Shown: positions 21,393 through 33,748, numbered from the whole stretch's first letter. The stretch is 63,983 nucleotides of DNA, filler included, from a bacterium (GCA_046331705.1; 3 parts of 3 records of this genome joined end to end with filler, not necessarily neighbours in it); one strand, 5' to 3'. Notes: generated by a model from the sequence alone, not told the origin. Numbers and translations are program-made.

Positions 21393-21883
21393 GGCTCGGA
21401 GCGCTCCATCGCCGCGTCGCCCTCGACCACGTCCACGAGCCCGCTGAACGCCACCTCGCCATGGACGGTGTAGTCGTAGCGTCCGGCTTCGCTGGGAGCG
21501 CACAGCGCCGCCACGCTGCCGGGGGGCAGCAACATGGTGAACGGGCCGTAGCCGGGGACCGCGTGGAAGGCCCGCCGCACGCCGCAGCCGTCGAGCGTGC
21601 TCGGGAACGCGTGCTCGAACGAGATGGCGATGGCCGACTGGGAGGCGCGATTGAGCCACAGGATCGGCACGCCCGCGGCGACGCGAAGCTCGCTCGGCGC
21701 GAGACCTTCGGCCGAGATCACGACCAGGGCGGGATCGCGCTCGGCGAGGCTGGACGAGGCGCCCCCCGAGCGGCGGGGCAGCAGGATCAGGGCGAGCAGC
21801 GCGCCGATCGCGAACGCGCTACGGGCCGCGCCCTGCCGCGGTTCGCGAGCCACGGCACCGCGCTCGCGGGCCGAGCGCTTCAC
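21389..21883 (-). CDS. Exported cupredoxin-fold protein
   Basis: GTGA overlap, hydrophobic N-terminal segment, PSELRVAAGVPILWLN, LPPG, GRYDYTVH...GLVDV. Confidence 0.6.
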   Translation of the reverse strand: MKRSARERGAVAREPRQGAARSAFAIGALLALILLPRRSGGASSSLAERDPALVVISAEGLAPSELRVAAGVPILWLNRASQSAIAISFEHAFPSTLDGCGVRRAFHAVPGYGPFTMLLPPGSVAALCAPSEAGRYDYTVHGEVAFSGLVDVVEGDAAMERSEP

Positions 21884-22329
21884 TTGGCCGCCGGCACTCC
21901 GTGCAACAGCTTCTTCGGGCCGTCGGGGAAGCGAACCTGGATCTTGCCGGGACCGGAAAGCTCTTCGACGACGCCGATCCCGAACGTCCGGTGCTCGATG
22001 CGATCGCGCAGCTGATAACTCTGCCCGGGCTGGTACGGCTTGATCGGTCGCGACAGGTCCGGCTGGACCACCGGCGCCGCCCCGGCGGCCGCTTCGGCGC
22101 GCTCCGCCTTCGTCGCTTCGCTGCGGACCTTCGGCCGCTTCTCCGGCTTCGCGGCGCCTTCGCCGCTGGGGGCGGATCCCGGCGGTGGGCGATGGCGGTG
22201 CTGCGCGCCGCAGCGCTTGCACTCCACCTTCACCACCTTGGTTCCCACCATGGCGGCGACCACGTGCCAAACCGGCCCGCATTTGCCGCATACCGCTTCG
22301 ATTTCGTCACCGACTCGAACTGCCCGCAC
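21880..22329 (-). CDS. Zinc-ribbon protein with C-terminal PcrA/UvrD-CTD-like Tudor domain
   Basis: GGAGGAG before GTG 22329, CGKC and CKRC, IEHRTFGIGVV...KIQVRFPDGPKKL. Confidence 0.7.
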   Translation of the reverse strand: MRAVRVGDEIEAVCGKCGPVWHVVAAMVGTKVVKVECKRCGAQHRHRPPPGSAPSGEGAAKPEKRPKVRSEATKAERAEAAAGAAPVVQPDLSRPIKPYQPGQSYQLRDRIEHRTFGIGVVEELSGPGKIQVRFPDGPKKLLHGVPAAK

Positions 22330-22457
22330 CGTCGACTCCTCCGGTTGGGCGCCGGCGATGCGTTCCGCATCGCTGCGCCGTCTCAACGTCGCCTTCGTTC
22401 GCGCGCTGGTACTATTCGGTGTGGCGTCCGTGGTCAAGCTAGGGGGGCCCCGCTCTC

Positions 22458-23303
22458 ATGATGTTGCGACGCGTCTTGCTCTCCTTGGCCTTGGCTTACG
22501 CGCTCTTGTGCCTGGCCGTGAGCCAGCGCTATCGGGCGATGCTCTACCCCGCGCCCGTCGAGGATGCGGCGATGGTGCCGCCCGGCGCGCACGCGGTTTC
22601 CGCCACCGCCGCCGACGGTGTCGCCGTCCAAGCCGTGGAGTTTCCCGCCCGCCCCGGGGGCTGGATGGTGGTTCACCTGCACGGCAATGGAGAGGTGATC
22701 GGCAACCACTTCGACCTGGCGCGCGACCTCGCTCGCCGGGGCTTCGGAACGTTGCTGGTCGAGTATCGTGGCTACGGACGCTCGCGCGGCGCCGGCGTCA
22801 CGACCGAGGAAGGGCTCTACGCGGACGTCAGCGCGGCGCTCGACCACCTGCTCGGCGAAGGCATCGGGCCGGAGCGCATCGCGCTCTGGGGCTTCTCGCT
22901 CGGCACCGGTGTCGCCGCCGAGATGGCCCATCGCGGGCGCGCGGCGCGGCTCATCCTGGAGGCGCCGTACACGTCGATCCCCGCGCTGGGAGGGCATCTC
23001 TATCCGCTGATCCCGGCGCGGTGGGTGCTGAGCGACCGCTTCGACACCGCCGCCAAGGCCGCGGAGATCCGCATCCCCACCTTTCTGATGCACGGCGACG
23101 AGGACCGGGTGATTCCGGTCGCGATGCCGGAGCGGCTGCGACAGCTCTTCCCGGACGTGCAGCTCGCGGAGATCGCGGGCGGCGGGCACGCCGATCTGCT
23201 CGCGAAGGAAGGGGATTGGCTCTGGCACACGCTCACGGACTTCATCCAGCGCGGCAACTCACCGGTCCTGCGCCGGACGCTGCCGGCGCAGCGGCATCGT
23301 TGA
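22458..23303 (+). CDS. Alpha/beta hydrolase (ABHD13/BEM46-like)
   Basis: N-terminal anchor, HGNG, EYRGYGRS, GFSLG, HGDEDRVIP, GGGH. Confidence 0.9.
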   Translation: MMLRRVLLSLALAYALLCLAVSQRYRAMLYPAPVEDAAMVPPGAHAVSATAADGVAVQAVEFPARPGGWMVVHLHGNGEVIGNHFDLARDLARRGFGTLLVEYRGYGRSRGAGVTTEEGLYADVSAALDHLLGEGIGPERIALWGFSLGTGVAAEMAHRGRAARLILEAPYTSIPALGGHLYPLIPARWVLSDRFDTAAKAAEIRIPTFLMHGDEDRVIPVAMPERLRQLFPDVQLAEIAGGGHADLLAKEGDWLWHTLTDFIQRGNSPVLRRTLPAQRHR

Positions 23304-24106
23304 AGCGGGCGAGCGGCCGCCTCGCGGCGCTCGGCGCGACGCTCGCGATCGTCGTCGCCGCGGGTGCGGGCGGCTGCGGCTGGCTGATCTATCCGGCGCC
23401 CCAGACCGACGCCCGCCCGCTGCCTGCCGACGCGCAGGTCGTCGAGCGGGTCGCATCCGACGGGGTCCCGGTGCACGCGATCTGGATCGCCGACGACACG
23501 AATTCCGTCGCCGCGCGCGCGCCCGCGATCGTCTACTTCCACGGCAACGGCAACGTCGCGGGCGATGCACTCGGGCTAGCGCGCCGTGCGCGCGAGCGCG
23601 GCGCGGCGATGCTGCTCGCCGAGTATCGCGGCTACGGTCGCTCGCGCGAGGGCTCGCCCTGCGAGGAGGGGATCTATCGCGACGCCGAGGCCGTGCTCGC
23701 GTTTCTCCGCGACCAGGGCTTCGGACCCGAACGGACGGTGCTGTGGGGCTATTCGCTCGGCAGCGGAGTCGCCACCGAGATGGCGCTGCGTGGGCACGCG
23801 TCGCGGCTGGTGCTGCAGGCGCCGTTCACCTCGATCCCCGCCATGGGCTCGGCGCGTTTCCCCTGGGCGCCGGTGCGGCTTCTGATCGGGGACCGCTACG
23901 ACAACCTGGCCAAGGCCGAGCGCATACGCGTGCCGACGCTCGTGGTTCATGGCGATGCCGACGAGATCGTCCCCTTCGCCATGGGGGTCGAGCTCGCGAA
24001 GGCGATCCGCGGCGCGGAGCTTCTCGCCGTGCCCGAGCTCACCCACGGCGGTGGCCCGGAGTTCGCGTGGGTGCTCGACCGCATTCTCGACTTCGCGCTG
24101 GGTTGA
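23300..24106 (+). CDS. Alpha/beta hydrolase, tandem paralog
   Basis: TTGA overlap, YFHGNG, EYRGYGRS, GYSLG, HGDADEIVP, LTH. Confidence 0.88.
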   Translation: MKRASGRLAALGATLAIVVAAGAGGCGWLIYPAPQTDARPLPADAQVVERVASDGVPVHAIWIADDTNSVAARAPAIVYFHGNGNVAGDALGLARRARERGAAMLLAEYRGYGRSREGSPCEEGIYRDAEAVLAFLRDQGFGPERTVLWGYSLGSGVATEMALRGHASRLVLQAPFTSIPAMGSARFPWAPVRLLIGDRYDNLAKAERIRVPTLVVHGDADEIVPFAMGVELAKAIRGAELLAVPELTHGGGPEFAWVLDRILDFALG

Positions 24107-24180
24107 CTCGCGTCAGCCGACACGGACGCGATTCCGCGACGGCCCGGTGCCCGTGCACGCGCTGCCGATCCGAGCTGGCG

Positions 24181-24219
24181 CAGCAGCTGCAGCAGCTGCA
24201 ACAGCTGCAACAGCTGCAA
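24181..24219. repeat. 9-bp tandem repeat (CARCAGCTG)x4
   Basis: cagcagctg cagcagctg caacagctg caacagctg caa, intergenic. Confidence 0.85.
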
Positions 24220-24369
24220 TAGCCAGTGCTTTGAGTGATGTCGACGCCGCGCGCCGCCTCGCTCCCGAGTCGATCGACGACCCGGGTCGGCTGCGAGACG
24301 ATGTACGCGTCGTCCGGCCGTGCTATTCCGGCTTCGAGCCCTGCAACTAGTCGTTCGGCGAGGTGAGCG

Positions 24370-24894
24370 ATGGCTGACTCAGAGCTGACCGGGGCCAATG
24401 CGGCCGGCACTCCTCCTACGGGCGGTGCGACTCCTGCGGTCGGCGCCAAGCGAGGGCACTGGTCTTCCGTGTGGGCAGCCCTCACGTGGCTCCCGAGCAA
24501 GCATCCCAAGCTCAGCAGTGCGCTGGTACTGTTCTTAGGGCTGTTTCTATTGCCTCAGGGCGCGCTCATCGAGCCGATCGAGTTCCCTTCGACGGCTGGC
24601 TACGACGGCAAGGTGGCCGCCTCCAGGCTCGCGCACCACCTACGGGTGATCCAGGCGGAGGCCATCTCCGTGCGGCACGTCTCGTCGGCACCCGTGATTC
24701 CATTCAACTCGGAGTATTTCTCCTTGCCGGATCTCGACATCGGTGCGGTGTCGCTCGATCTAGGCTCGCTGCTTCGCTTGTTACGGCACACGATCACATT
24801 CGGCACGAAGTTCATCTCGGGTGAAGTCACGCAGGCTGCGAGCTCGAAGCTCATCCTGACGATCCAAGGCTCGCTCGGCGGATCCGTATCGAGC
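24370..24894 (+). CDS. 5' part of a membrane-anchored TPR protein, continued at 49656
   Basis: GAGG RBS, TM ALVLFLGLFLL, cut by the linker. Its last 24 nt are repeated at 49632-49655. Confidence 0.75.
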
Positions 24895-24994
24895 NNNNNN
24901 NNNNNNNNNNNNNNNNNNNNNNNNNNNNNNNNNNNNNNTTAATTAATTAANNNNNNNNNNNNNNNNNNNNNNNNNNNNNNNNNNNNNNNNNNNN
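24895..24994. other. Artificial contig linker
   Basis: N44-TTAATTAATTAA-N44, stops in all six frames. Confidence 0.97.
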
Positions 24995-27426
<2,432 letters not shown>

Positions 27427-27465
27427 CAGGTCGCCGCGCTCGCGCCCTCGCGAGCGCGCGGCGGC

Positions 27466-28404
27466 TCAGAAGTTCGGGCCGAGGAAACTCTCGGCGTCGT
27501 CGGTGTCTTCGGGATTCGGCGCGACGGGCTCGCCGGCCGCCGCCTCGGTCTTGAGCTCGGCGATCTCCGCGCGCAACGCGGCGATCTCCTGCGCTTCCGT
27601 CGAGGACGGGAACTCGCTCGCGAGGCGCTCGACGGCGGCGTCGGCTGCATCCCATTCGTGACGGTGGGCGTGAGCCCGCGCGGAGAGCACGAGTGCTTGC
27701 GGCTCCACACCCGTACCGCGGTATCGCGCCAGCAGCTCGTCGAGCCTGCCGATCGCCGCGCGATAGTCCTCGACGCGCACGTAGAAGCTCGCGATGTAGA
27801 GCTCGTGGTCCGCCACGCGACGCAGGCTCTCCGCGAGGCGCTTGTCGACGAGGGTGCGCAGCGGATGCGTGGGAAAGCGCTGCGTGAACAGGCGAAACCG
27901 GTCGATCGCGACGCGCGCCGCCGTCTGATCGCGGTCGACGCTGTCCATGTCCGTGTAGCGACACATCGCTTCGTAGTAGAGCGCCCACGGAACCAGCTCG
28001 TGCGCCGGGTGCTGGCGGCGAAAATCCGCGAAGCTGACCTCGGCCTCGATGCGCTTGTCGCCGAAGTACTGCGCCAGCGCAATCCGGAACTCGGCTTCGA
28101 CTGCGCGCGCGCTGTACGGATGCTCGGCGAGCACGCGCCCGAACGCCGTCACCGCTTCGCTGTAGTCGCCCTCGCGCAACAGCTCGACGCCGCGGTCGTA
28201 CTTCTCTTCCGCCGTCCGCAGCACGGGAGACGGACGAAAGAACTCGCCAATGGCATCGAGGAATCCCCGCGAGTCCTCGGGCTCGCTCGCCGCTGGCGGC
28301 GTGGCGCTCGTCTGGGCATGTGCTGCGCTCAGCGGCAACGCTGCGCAGAGCGCGGCGCTGGCCACGACCAAACGGCGCAACCACGCCAGACCGGTGCGAT
28401 TCAA
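27466..28404 (-). CDS. bamD: Outer membrane assembly factor BamD-like TPR protein
   Basis: HPYS, F.RQHP, DRDQT, F..RFP, HELYIASFY...YRAAIGR. Signal peptide without a clear lipobox; start uncertain. Confidence 0.85.
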   Translation of the reverse strand: MNRTGLAWLRRLVVASAALCAALPLSAAHAQTSATPPAASEPEDSRGFLDAIGEFFRPSPVLRTAEEKYDRGVELLREGDYSEAVTAFGRVLAEHPYSARAVEAEFRIALAQYFGDKRIEAEVSFADFRRQHPAHELVPWALYYEAMCRYTDMDSVDRDQTAARVAIDRFRLFTQRFPTHPLRTLVDKRLAESLRRVADHELYIASFYVRVEDYRAAIGRLDELLARYRGTGVEPQALVLSARAHAHRHEWDAADAAVERLASEFPSSTEAQEIAALRAEIAELKTEAAAGEPVAPNPEDTDDAESFLGPNF

Positions 28405-28547
28405 AGCGCTGGACCGAGGATGTGTGGGAAGGAAGGGCCGAAAAAGGCGAGCGATCGGGCGCGAACGTAGCCCGCACCCCCCAGGGAGTCAAACGTCGTC
28501 GGGGCGTGTCTCTCGCGCTCGCCGCGCGCCGCGTGCGCGCATTCGCC

Positions 28548-28576
28548 TTGACACCACCTAGGCCAATGCATAGTTT
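28548..28576 (+). promoter_or_regulatory. Sigma70-type promoter upstream of the ABC operon
   Basis: TTGACA-17 nt-TAGTTT. Confidence 0.6.
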
Positions 28577-28755
28577 CCCGCCCCGTTTCGGCGGTGACGA
28601 TTTCGCTCTCGTGACCGAATATTCGATGTCGGCGCTTCGTCTGAAGGCGCGATGCTGAGCGGCACGCGCGGCTCGAGAGCCCGCGGACGCCGATTCGTTC
28701 CCGGCTCACCAGGACTCTCGGGGTCTCGCGTGGGCCGGCGCTCGGGTAAGGCGAC

Positions 28756-29487
28756 ATGATAGAGGTCGACAACCTCGTCAAGAAATACGGTGATCTGTAC
28801 GCGCTCCACGGCGTGTCGTTCCGCGTCGAGGCGGGCGAAGTCGTGGGCTTCCTGGGGCCGAACGGCGCCGGCAAGACCACCACGATGCGCGTGATCACGG
28901 GATTCATGCCGCCCACCAGCGGCACCGTGCGCGTGTCCGGCCACGACGTGCTGGACGACGCCATCGAAGCGCGGCGTCAGATCGGCTACCTGCCGGAGAC
29001 GCCGCCGCTCTACAACGATCTCACGGTCCTCGCGTATCTCGGGTTCGTCGCCAAGATCAAGGGCGTGCCGAGCACCGCGCGGCGCGAGCGAATCGATCAC
29101 GCGCTCGAGTCGTGCGGGCTCACGACCGTTCGGCAGCGGGTGATCGGCACGCTTTCGAAAGGTTTTCGGCAGCGCGTCGGAATCGCTCAGGCCTTGGTGC
29201 ACGATCCCAAGGTGCTCATCCTCGACGAGCCCACGGTCGGTCTCGATCCCCATCAGATCATCGAGATCCGCAACCTCATCGCGTCGCTCGCGGGTCAACG
29301 GACCATCGTGCTCTCCACCCACATCCTCCCCGAGGTGGCGCAACTCTGCCGTCGAGTGATCATCGTCAACGCAGGGCGGATCGTGGCCGATACACCGATC
29401 ACCAAGATCCCGGACGGCACGAGCCTCGAGGAATTCTTCATCAAGACCACGTCCGCCGACGTGGCGCAGCAAGCGGTCGCGACCTGA
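28756..29487 (+). CDS. ABC transporter ATP-binding protein (GldA-like)
   Basis: GPNGAGKT, LSKGFRQR, LILDEP, STH. Confidence 0.93.
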   Translation: MIEVDNLVKKYGDLYALHGVSFRVEAGEVVGFLGPNGAGKTTTMRVITGFMPPTSGTVRVSGHDVLDDAIEARRQIGYLPETPPLYNDLTVLAYLGFVAKIKGVPSTARRERIDHALESCGLTTVRQRVIGTLSKGFRQRVGIAQALVHDPKVLILDEPTVGLDPHQIIEIRNLIASLAGQRTIVLSTHILPEVAQLCRRVIIVNAGRIVADTPITKIPDGTSLEEFFIKTTSADVAQQAVAT

Positions 29488-29533
29488 GCTCGTCCCCGAG
29501 CTTCGTCACGCGCCGCGGCTTCGGAGCCCTTTC

Positions 29534-30307
29534 ATGCGGAACGTTCTCGCGATCGTCGAGAAGGAGCTGCGCACGTATTTCGTGTCGCCCGTCGCGTACG
29601 TGGTGATGACCTGCTTCCTGCTGCTCGCGGGCTGGTTCTTCTTCAACTTGCTGACGCAGCTTCAGCAATACATCCAGATGGCGCAGAGCTTCCAGCGCTT
29701 CGACATGCTCGAGCAGCTGAGCATCTCGAACGCGGTGGTGGTGCCGCTGGTCGGGAACCTGGCGATCATCCTCATGTTCATCGTCCCGATCGTGACGATG
29801 CGAGCGCTCGCCGAGGAGAAGAAGCTCCGCACCGACGAGCTGCTGCTCACCAGCCCGTTGACCATGGGCGAGATCATCGCCGGCAAGTTCCTGGGATCGT
29901 GGGCGTTCATGGTGCTCGGAATCGTGGGCACGCTCATCTATCCGTACCTGCTGTTCCACTACTCGAACCCGGACCCCGGACCGATCGTCGGTGGTTACCT
30001 CGCGATCCTGTTCATCACCACCGCGTTCGTCGCCGTCGGGCTCTTCGCTTCGAGCCTGACGGAATCGCAGGCCGTTGCCGCGGTCGTGGCGATCGTCATC
30101 AACCTCGGGCTCTTCGTCATCGGTTGGCCGGCACAGTCCGTGTCGGGCGTGCTTGGCAAGGTGCTCGAAAACGTTTCGCTGCAATCGCATTTCGAATCAC
30201 TGGCCAAGGGCGTGATCGAGACCAAGGACCTCTGCTACTTCGCGACCCTGGTGGCGGTGTTCGTGTTCCTCGCGAAACGCAGCCTCGAGTCGACGCGCTA
30301 TCGGTGA
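29534..30307 (+). CDS. ABC-2 permease (GldF-like)
   Basis: KELRTYFVSPVAY, TMRALAEEK..TDELLLTSP, IIAGKFL, about six TM helices. Confidence 0.9.
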   Translation: MRNVLAIVEKELRTYFVSPVAYVVMTCFLLLAGWFFFNLLTQLQQYIQMAQSFQRFDMLEQLSISNAVVVPLVGNLAIILMFIVPIVTMRALAEEKKLRTDELLLTSPLTMGEIIAGKFLGSWAFMVLGIVGTLIYPYLLFHYSNPDPGPIVGGYLAILFITTAFVAVGLFASSLTESQAVAAVVAIVINLGLFVIGWPAQSVSGVLGKVLENVSLQSHFESLAKGVIETKDLCYFATLVAVFVFLAKRSLESTRYR

Positions 30308-30312
30308 GCACG

Positions 30313-32040
30313 ATGAATCCGAACGAATCGCGAAAGCTCGCCCGCATCGCGGGCCTTTGCTCGCTCGTCCTGCTGGTGTTCGGGATCGCGCCGGTCGTGT
30401 TCGGCCTGCCGATCAGCCTCACGCGCGCGCCGCTGCTGGCGCTCTTCATCGTCACCAACCTGGTGGGCGGCATCGGCTTGCTGATCGCCTCCATCGTCTG
30501 GAACCTGGACGGCCTGCGAACCTTGGTCACGGCGCGCTCGAGCCGCATGGCGTCGAACGCGGCCGTCTACTCGGCTGCGGTCGTCGGCATCCTCGTGCTC
30601 GTGAACGTGCTGGCCACCCGGCACAGCCACAAGTGGGACCTCACGGAAAGCAAGCTCTTCACGCTCGCGCCGCAGAGCCAGAAGGTTCTCGACGGGCTCG
30701 CGAACGAGGTCGTGCTGCGCGCCTTCTGGCGGAAGCCCGAGCAAGACCAGGTCAAGGATCTGCTGGCCAACTACGAGCGCGCGTCGAAGAAGGTGAAGGT
30801 CCTCTTCGTCGATCCGGTGGAGGATCCGGCGGCGGCCAAGCAATTCGAGATCACGCAGGAGCGAACGCTCCACATCCAGTCCGGTACGGATCAGGTGCGG
30901 ATCACGGAGCCGACCGAAGAGAAGATCACCAACGGCATCATCAAGGTGAGCGGCGGCGAGGCCAAGACCATCTACGTGCTCAAGGGCCACGGCGAGCCCG
31001 AGCTCGAGGACGTCGCGGCTCCGCACGGGTACGGCTACCTGAAGAAGGCGCTCGAGGACGAGCACTACAAGGTGCAGGACCTGCTGCTGATGACGAAGGG
31101 CGAGGTGCCGGCGGACGCGTCGCTGGTGATCGCGGCTCCGACCCGGCCGCTGCTCGACGTCGAGATCCAGGCCCTCGAGCGCTACCTCGATCGCGGTGGA
31201 CGGCTGTTCGCGTTGCTCGAGCCGAAGTGGGACGAGAGCAGTCACCAGATCGTGCACACGGGCCTCGAGGAGATGCTCAAGAAGCGCGGCATCAACGTGA
31301 ACGACAACCTGGTGCTCGACGTCGAGCTGCAGCTCTTCGCCGGCCCCAAGATCGGCGCGGCGCCGGGCGCGGAGAGCTACGGCACCCATCCGATCACCGA
31401 GAACATGAAGGAAGTGACGTTCTACGGCGACTTCGTACGCGAGGTGCGGCCCAACCCCGACACGCCGGGTGCGACGCTGACCACGCTGGTTCGCACCAGC
31501 GCCAACTCCTGGGCGGAAAGCGACGTCGCGGGCGTGTTCGAGCGCGGCGCGGCGGGACGCGACGCAGCGGACCTCACCGGTCCGATCTCGATCGCCACGG
31601 CCTACGAGCGAAAGACGCCCGCCGAGGCCAAGAAAGACGCCGCGGACGGCGCCTCCGACCCGGCCGACGCGGCGAAAGCGGGTGCGGAGGGCGCGGCGAA
31701 GTCGGCGAAGAGCGACGGCGACAAGAGCGGTGAGGACTCCGCGGACTCGAAGTCGAAGGACATCCTCACGCGCATCGTCGCCTTCGGAGACGCGGACTGG
31801 GTGGACAACGGCCAGATCACGCGTTTCGCCCCGAACCAGGACCTCGCCCTCAACGCCGTCGGCTGGTTGGTCGACCGCGGCGATCTCATCTCGATCCGGC
31901 CGAAGAAGTCGAAGGTGGCGCAGCTCGCGCTCACGCCCGCCCAGACGCAGGCGATCTTCGTGGCTTCGGTCTTCCTCCTTCCCGAGCTCTTGCTGCTGGC
32001 CGGTCTCGCGGTGTGGCAGAGCCGCAAGTGGACGGTGTGA
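30313..32040 (+). CDS. GldG-family ABC auxiliary component
   Basis: N-terminal TMs, WDLTESKLFTL, FVDP, GHGE, YLDRGG, HPIT, NAVGWL, C-terminal TM. Alternative GTG 30304. Confidence 0.88.
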   Translation: MNPNESRKLARIAGLCSLVLLVFGIAPVVFGLPISLTRAPLLALFIVTNLVGGIGLLIASIVWNLDGLRTLVTARSSRMASNAAVYSAAVVGILVLVNVLATRHSHKWDLTESKLFTLAPQSQKVLDGLANEVVLRAFWRKPEQDQVKDLLANYERASKKVKVLFVDPVEDPAAAKQFEITQERTLHIQSGTDQVRITEPTEEKITNGIIKVSGGEAKTIYVLKGHGEPELEDVAAPHGYGYLKKALEDEHYKVQDLLLMTKGEVPADASLVIAAPTRPLLDVEIQALERYLDRGGRLFALLEPKWDESSHQIVHTGLEEMLKKRGINVNDNLVLDVELQLFAGPKIGAAPGAESYGTHPITENMKEVTFYGDFVREVRPNPDTPGATLTTLVRTSANSWAESDVAGVFERGAAGRDAADLTGPISIATAYERKTPAEAKKDAADGASDPADAAKAGAEGAAKSAKSDGDKSGEDSADSKSKDILTRIVAFGDADWVDNGQITRFAPNQDLALNAVGWLVDRGDLISIRPKKSKVAQLALTPAQTQAIFVASVFLLPELLLLAGLAVWQSRKWTV

Positions 32041-33605
32041 AAGCGCGCCAATCCATCTTCATGGCGGTGATGTTCGCCGCGCTCTTGGGCGGTGTCTGGT
32101 ACTTCGAGCTGCGCGAGGGAGCGGACTCGGCCAAGCCGAAGGCCGCCGCGGGAGCCCCCGCAGAGCCGGAAGAGCACACCGTCTTCGACGACGTCGACTG
32201 GGAGAAGCTCGCGCGGATCGAGCTGGTGAGCCCCGCGCAGGTCGGCGCGATCGTCGTCGAGCGCAACGTCGCGGGAGAGGATCGCGTGTGGCGTATCGTG
32301 GCGCCGCTCTCCACCGAGGCCGACTCGAGCGCGATCGACACGTTCGTCGGCACGCTCAAGAACCTGAAGGCCGAGACGGTCGTGGCGGATCCCAGCAAGG
32401 ACCTGGCTCCGTTCGGGCTCGCCGCGCCGAGCACCCAGGTCAAGCTCGTCTTCGCCCTCGGCGGGCGAGCCAAGACGGAGCGGATGCTCTTCGCCGGCGA
32501 CAAGGCACCGGTGGGATACAAGGCGTACTTCAAGCGCGGCGATCGCCCCGACATCCTCTTGACCGGCGCCTACACCAAGACCGCGCTCGAGAAGAAGGTC
32601 TTCGACCTGCGCGACAAGAGCCTGCTCACGGCGGAGAAGGCGGCCGTGCGAAAGCTCGAGCTCGTGAGCGCGGCAGGTGACGTAACGCTGGTCGAGTCGG
32701 GCGGTGGCTGGTCGCTCGAGGCGCCGGCCAAGGCGAGGGCGGCGAGCGCCGAGGTGGACAAGATCCTCTCCTCGCTCACGGGATTGCGCGCGGTGGACGT
32801 GGCCACCGAGGACGCCGGGGACGGACGCGCATACGGGCTCGACCAGCCGTCGATTCGCGCCGTCGTGACGACCGGCGAGGGCGACGCGGCCACCCGTCAC
32901 GAGCTCGCGTTCGGGACCGTGGACGAAGCCCAGAAGAGGGTCTACGTCCGGGACATGGCGCGCAAGCCCGTCTTCCTGGTGTCGAGCTACTCGATCGAGG
33001 GGCTCAAGAAGTCGGCAGGCGACCTGCGTGACAAGAAGGTGCTGGGCTTCGACAAGGACGCGGTCGCGAGGATCGAGATCCACGCACCCGGCGGCGCGCT
33101 CGCGCTGGCACGGAAGGCGGACGCATCCGCTGCACCCGCCAAGAACGACAAGGCCGAGCCCGGCGAGAAGGCCGATCACGGGAAATGGGTCGTCGAGACG
33201 CCGAGCAGCGCGGATGCGGATCAAGCCAACGTGAATCAGATGTTGATCACGCTGGCGGGGCTCGAGGCGAAGCAGTTCCTCGACGGCGATCTGCGGCCGC
33301 TGCCCGTGGACAGCGGGCTCGAGGAGCCCGAGCTCTCGGTGCGGTTGCTCGGCGACGGCGCCAAGGAGCTGGGCACGCTCGACGTCGGCAGCGCGGTGCC
33401 TGGCACCGGCTCGGCCGGGGGCGAGGGCGTGGCGGCCACGCCGCCCGACCGCTACGTGCGGATCGGCGGCTACGACACCGTGTTCGTGGTCGGCGGGCGA
33501 TTCCTCGACGACGTGCCCCGCCGGGCGGACGACCTGACCAAGAAGAAAGCGGAGACCGAGGCCGCCCCGAGCGCCAATCCGGTGCCCTCGGCGCCCGCCG
33601 AGTGA
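32037..33605 (+). CDS. DUF4340 domain protein (three repeats)
   Basis: GTGA overlap, N-terminal TM, repeated W...P...AD / xGLxxP / DLRDK units, usual position after gldG. Confidence 0.85.
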   Translation: MKARQSIFMAVMFAALLGGVWYFELREGADSAKPKAAAGAPAEPEEHTVFDDVDWEKLARIELVSPAQVGAIVVERNVAGEDRVWRIVAPLSTEADSSAIDTFVGTLKNLKAETVVADPSKDLAPFGLAAPSTQVKLVFALGGRAKTERMLFAGDKAPVGYKAYFKRGDRPDILLTGAYTKTALEKKVFDLRDKSLLTAEKAAVRKLELVSAAGDVTLVESGGGWSLEAPAKARAASAEVDKILSSLTGLRAVDVATEDAGDGRAYGLDQPSIRAVVTTGEGDAATRHELAFGTVDEAQKRVYVRDMARKPVFLVSSYSIEGLKKSAGDLRDKKVLGFDKDAVARIEIHAPGGALALARKADASAAPAKNDKAEPGEKADHGKWVVETPSSADADQANVNQMLITLAGLEAKQFLDGDLRPLPVDSGLEEPELSVRLLGDGAKELGTLDVGSAVPGTGSAGGEGVAATPPDRYVRIGGYDTVFVVGGRFLDDVPRRADDLTKKKAETEAAPSANPVPSAPAE

Positions 33606-33720
33606 CGCGGCGATCGCCGCTCGCTGCGTCGTCCGCGAAGCCGACGCGCTCGCCCGCGGGGTGACCCGTAGCTTCGCGCGAAGTTCTCGATCTCATTCTG
33701 AAATCGTGTTGGCTCGGATC

Positions 33721-33748
33721 TTGACTCCGGGTCGACCGTGATTAGGTT
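33721..33748 (+). promoter_or_regulatory. Putative dnaK promoter
   Basis: TTGACTC-N14-TTAGGT, same architecture as upstream of clpB. Confidence 0.5.

Noticed and set aside
24039..24509. Metallothionein-like CSCCSCCSCC ORF
   Set aside because: It is the reverse translation of the 9-bp repeat and overlaps two better-supported genes.
24939..24950. TTAATTAATTAA palindrome (also 49576-49587)
   Set aside because: Synthetic six-frame stop linker inside N runs.
28756..33605. Gld-like ABC operon as a gliding motility system
   Set aside because: GldA/F/G-DUF4340 operons are widespread in non-gliding bacteria; nothing here supports a motility role.
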